From Amoebophrya sp. A120 (Eukaryota > Protista > Dinoflagellata): a stretch of 64,000 nucleotides of DNA. Made by a program: the position numbers and the translations under genes. The notes beneath the pieces are model-generated. The model saw nothing but the letters and a program-made list of their open reading frames with translations, had not been told where the DNA came from and ran no database searches. The DNA lies in NCBI GenBank assembly GCA_905178155.1, contig CAJINV010000004.1, forward strand, positions 10,709,655 through 10,773,654, read 5' to 3'. Shown one piece after another: positions 60,104 to 64,000 of this stretch; positions within the stretch are counted from its first letter, which is position 1; each line of letters begins with the position of its first letter.

Positions 60104-63100
60104 ATGACAGTTTCCACAATTGCATCAGGCGGGCTTGGACGTGCGAAGCGAAATGGAACTCGAAACAACGCGAGCTGCGCGGACTGGCGAAGTTGCTGCT
60201 GGAGCTGTACCCTCAGACAAAAGGAGTAAAAACAGTCGTCGTGCACGATCATGAGACAAACAACGGCGCGTCGCTCGAGGCGAGCCTCGCGAGCCCGTTG
60301 ATCTCCGACATCATGACTAGGGACATTTTGAAAATACGCAAAATAATCCCGCTCGTCTGGTGGTGCTGCCTCGGAACGAAAGCAATCCGCCTTGCAGACG
60401 AATTCTCGCGTTTGTTCAATGAAGATTTTCGGACTCCAGAACTGACAAAGCACATGACGACATGCAGGCAGCTGATGTACTTCTTGTTGAGCCCGTCTGT
60501 GCGCAACGACGAGAACTGGATGCAGGAACTCGCAGAGATCGAAAAAGTTTTTTTCCTGGACGACTACGACGAGAGCGACGAGAAAAACAGTGAACGCCCG
60601 CCCGTCGCATATGTCGGAAAACTATCTCCGGAGGAAGACATGCATGCTCGCCGCGTTGGAAAAATAGTAGAAGACTGCTGCATAGAATGCGAGGACGTCG
60701 ACGATTTGTATACCGACATCGACGCCGTTTTTCTGAGCCACGATTGCTGCGCGGCCAAACCTGTAATGCCTGTGAAGCCAGAAAATCACGAGTCGAAACC
60801 AGTCCCCATCCCGCAGGACCCGCTTGTGCTGTGGCCGGACCCAGAAGTCCTGACGATTCCCACGCGGATTTTCCAGAAACAAGACCGCAGTGTGCACACG
60901 TTGCACGAGTGCAACAACTTTGTCGTCGAGTATGACCTCATAGAAAACGGGAAGAAGCAGAAAAGGAGCAAGTGGCTTCAGGCGCGTGCGCACGGTGGCG
61001 AGCTGCAGGCATACACGGCGATGTGTCGTTTCACGCGAGCAATGCTGCGCCGGAGCTGGAAGATTGGCGACCAGTTGGAAGTCGTCGATGGTTTCCACGG
61101 CGACGCGAGCCGGCGACTTCTTGTCATTGATCCGCTAGTGACGAAAATCGGGCCAATCGCCGCCGATATTGTCCCGAGACAGGTGCAGTTCCACAATTGC
61201 ATGCTGTGTGACAATTTCACCATCGAAAAGTCCGTCGCGGGAATACAGCACTGCGTGTGCCACGGGCATGGTGAGTCAGCTGCAGTTGTCGTTGCGCCCG
61301 ATCCTGCGGCTCCCAACAAGGGCCCTGCTACACAACTGACAAAGTTCTGGATCAGGTGCCCAGCGCTCGTCCACGAGTTTGCCCAACGTTTCGTGTTCAC
61401 GGATGAGAATGAAGAGGGCATTGCGTCGGGCCGACTAGCGCTTGAAGGCGAGCCAGCAGCGAACGCCGAAGTCGAGTTCCTGCCTGAGGACAAGAATACC
61501 AGCGCACCCAAGCCCATCAGCAAACAAGACAAGCCGAAGTGGGAAGATAGCGATCTCTCTGACTCGAGTCTAACATCTGGCGGCTCACCTCCGAACAAAA
61601 GATCTCGCGAAGCGAGCAGTGAAGATAAGGCAAGACATGCAGCAGAAGAGCACCGCGCGAAGCTAGAAGCAGAAGTCGATGCAGACCAGCAAGAGTACCT
61701 CGACGAGGAGCTTGCAAGAGAGGTGAAGCAGCAAGACAACTCTGTGATCCAAGATAAGTTGTGCCGCGGAGTTTCCGTCTCCGGGCTCTCGCTCGCTTTT
61801 CTTCCGAAGCCGGTCGGTGACCCGCCGAGATGGCCGCACCAGGATTACGCCGACCAAAGCGAGATAATCGGTCTCGAGTTTGACGGTCCCCGGCGAATAG
61901 TAGGTCTCAATGCGGGAAATAAAGGACTGTACGTCGGCGGGGGTGGGCTGAGCAAGGGTTTCAAAGACGATTTCAAGCGTTGGAGTTTATCGGTACAAGA
62001 AACGAGTAGCAGGCTCAAGGAGATCAGCAAAATCGGCAAAGCAGCACAAGGACAGGTAGTAAACAAAGTATACAAGACAGCCGAGGATGCTACTGTGTCG
62101 CGCGTTTGGGCAATCCAACCCGCCAGCAGCACGCTGTGTTTCACCGCGCTTGTCGAGTTTTGCGGTTCGGAATGCATGATGCTCTACGTAGTCGCACCCG
62201 ACGGGCGCGAGGAAGAGCGACTCGTCTACGAGGAAGGGCTACGAACAGTGTCAACAAACGTCGTCCGTCTGCTTGCGCATTATGAGCAACAACGCGACCC
62301 GCCCGAGCCGGATATCGCTGCTGTGCTGATCCCGTTGTACGGAGGTGGGATTTTCCGGCCAGCACGGTATCTCAAGAACAAGGTCGCGTCCAACATCCTC
62401 GCGCCACTGTTCCAACAGATCAGGAAAGAGCCGCAAGCAGTCAACGTCACGTATATTTTCGCTTACGATGACAACGTCTTCGCGTCTGAGTACTACAAGA
62501 GCGCCACATCCACACAGCAGCAGCAGAAACCAGCGAAAATTTTGCACAAGCTTGCTGCCGTGAAGGCGGCAGGCGGCGCCAAAGCCGCTGCAAAGAAGAG
62601 ACCAAAATCAAAAGCGAAAGCGAAGTCGCAGCCACAGGCGAAGCCGAAAGCAAAGCAGCCCGCTGCTGTTGCCGCTGCCGCGGAACCTCCGCGTGCAGTC
62701 GAGAGCGAAACTCTGCTGCCGCCGCTCGACGATGAGGAGACTGGAGATGCGAAGGCCAAGACGGAAGAGCATGGATATGAGGAGTATCCTTTCGAGGAAT
62801 ATGCGGAGTCTGAGTTTGTGACCGAGGTCGAACAACAGACCGCTGTTGAGCTCAAGGGACAGGACGTAGAGCTGATAAAGAATTCCTTCGCCGGGCTCAG
62901 CTCCGCCGGGAAGCTCTTCGTGATAACCCCAGAGAAAAACGAAATCGACGTTCCAGTCGACATCGCCGACGCCGATGCGGCAATAGTACTAGTAACCGGG
63001 AAGACACACTCCAAGTACGCCGATGTCCGATTTTTCCAGACGAGCGGAACGACTGTCGACATTCCCCGCCGGTTCAGACAGAACGCAGTAGTAATTGCGG

Positions 63101-64000
63101 CATACAACAGCGAGGAAGTCCAGGCAGGTTTTTGTGACCAGGAAGTCACTTTGTTCCTCCATGATCTCGATTTCCGGCAGCTTGTAGAAAAACAAAAAAC
63201 GTGTGTCGAGTACGGCGATGTGTGCGCTTCACTTGCTGGAAAAGCGCTCTCCGCTGCAGCAAGCCGGAAGGCGACAGTCACGGACGGAGAGTTTTCGCTG
63301 TGCAGCAGCCTCATGCTCTACAAGAGGCGGATTTATCTTCCGAAGCAGGCGCAGCCGGACGTCGAGGCCGGTGATCCGGCTCTTGGTAAGCAGAAGACAC
63401 GCCTGCGTATCACCGTGCTGATCAAAATTCACAGACGATGGGCATTGCACTCGAAAGCTGCTGCAACTGCCGAGGTCGCAACGCAGTACTTCGCGTGCCC
63501 GTCGCTGTGCCACGACGTCGTGGCGGTGTGTAAAAGTTGCCGTGAGTGTTTTCTCTGGCACCAAGAGGAAGAGTTAGTCCGGATGTTCAACAACAATCCG
63601 AAGCCACGGAGTTTGTGGCGGGAAATCACAACTGACCACATTCCGAATCTTCCTCCTGTGACCATCGATAATGTCACATACACCACGATCCTTCGAGTCA
63701 AGGAGCGGCTAACCGGTGCGACTGTGCTCATCCCGTGCTCTTCAACATCTCCGCATGAGGCAGTGAACAAACTCGACCTCACGCTGTTCGGGCTCACCGG
63801 TTATCCTGCGCGAGTCGTTGCCGACGGGGCTTTCAAGCCAGTCAAGGGCGATTTTGCGCGGCGCGGGGCGTATCTCACAGTCAACAAGCCGGATGATGCA
63901 CGCGGACGACAAGAAGCGGAGCGACCGAACGCCGGCTCGAACGAGAAATTCTACAAGAGCTGCGAGAAGAATAAAGACAACTGGCCGCACCTCTGTCCAA
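60103..64000 (+). CDS. 5'-truncated Ty3/Gypsy-like pol polyprotein: RNase H, unknown region, Macro domain, integrase (runs off the window)
   Basis: Frame +1 reads open from 60103 to the end; absent from the ORF track, consistent with having no stop in the window. RNase H: WNSKQRELRGL, VVHDH, RLADEFSR. Macro: GLNAGNKGLYVGGGGLS, MLYVVAP, VLIPLYGGGIF. Integrase: H-x5-H...CREC, ITTD, VVADG, QEAERPN. Confidence 0.88.

Overview
Eukaryotic genomic DNA, most consistent with an Amoebophrya-like (syndinian dinoflagellate) genome. This is an inference from the intron type, not a database match. The window holds: (1) the 3' part of a Utp14 gene and two further genes of unknown function, whose frames are interrupted by about 25 non-GT-AG introns. 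These introns are TIR-bearing MITE/introner-like elements (TA...TA ends, 5-bp direct repeat) from at least five TIR families, most sharing a subterminal TGTCATGC motif. (2) 21-bp and 32-bp minisatellites. (3) An ~18-kb GC-rich, gene-poor stretch with decayed ORFs and a ~660-bp degenerate palindrome. (4) An apparently intact, recently inserted 10.2-kb tyrosine-recombinase retrotransposon (44691-54862) with an unusual A1-gag-YR-B1A2-RT/RNaseH-B2 layout, inserted without TSD into the (GGA)n tract of an intronless ORF. (5) Three arrays of an 89-bp double-hairpin repeat carrying the same TGTCATGC motif as the introners. (6) A 5'-truncated Ty3/Gypsy-type pol ORF (60103 to window end, absent from the ORF track) with a Macro domain between RNase H and integrase. 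All calls were read by eye; no searches were run.
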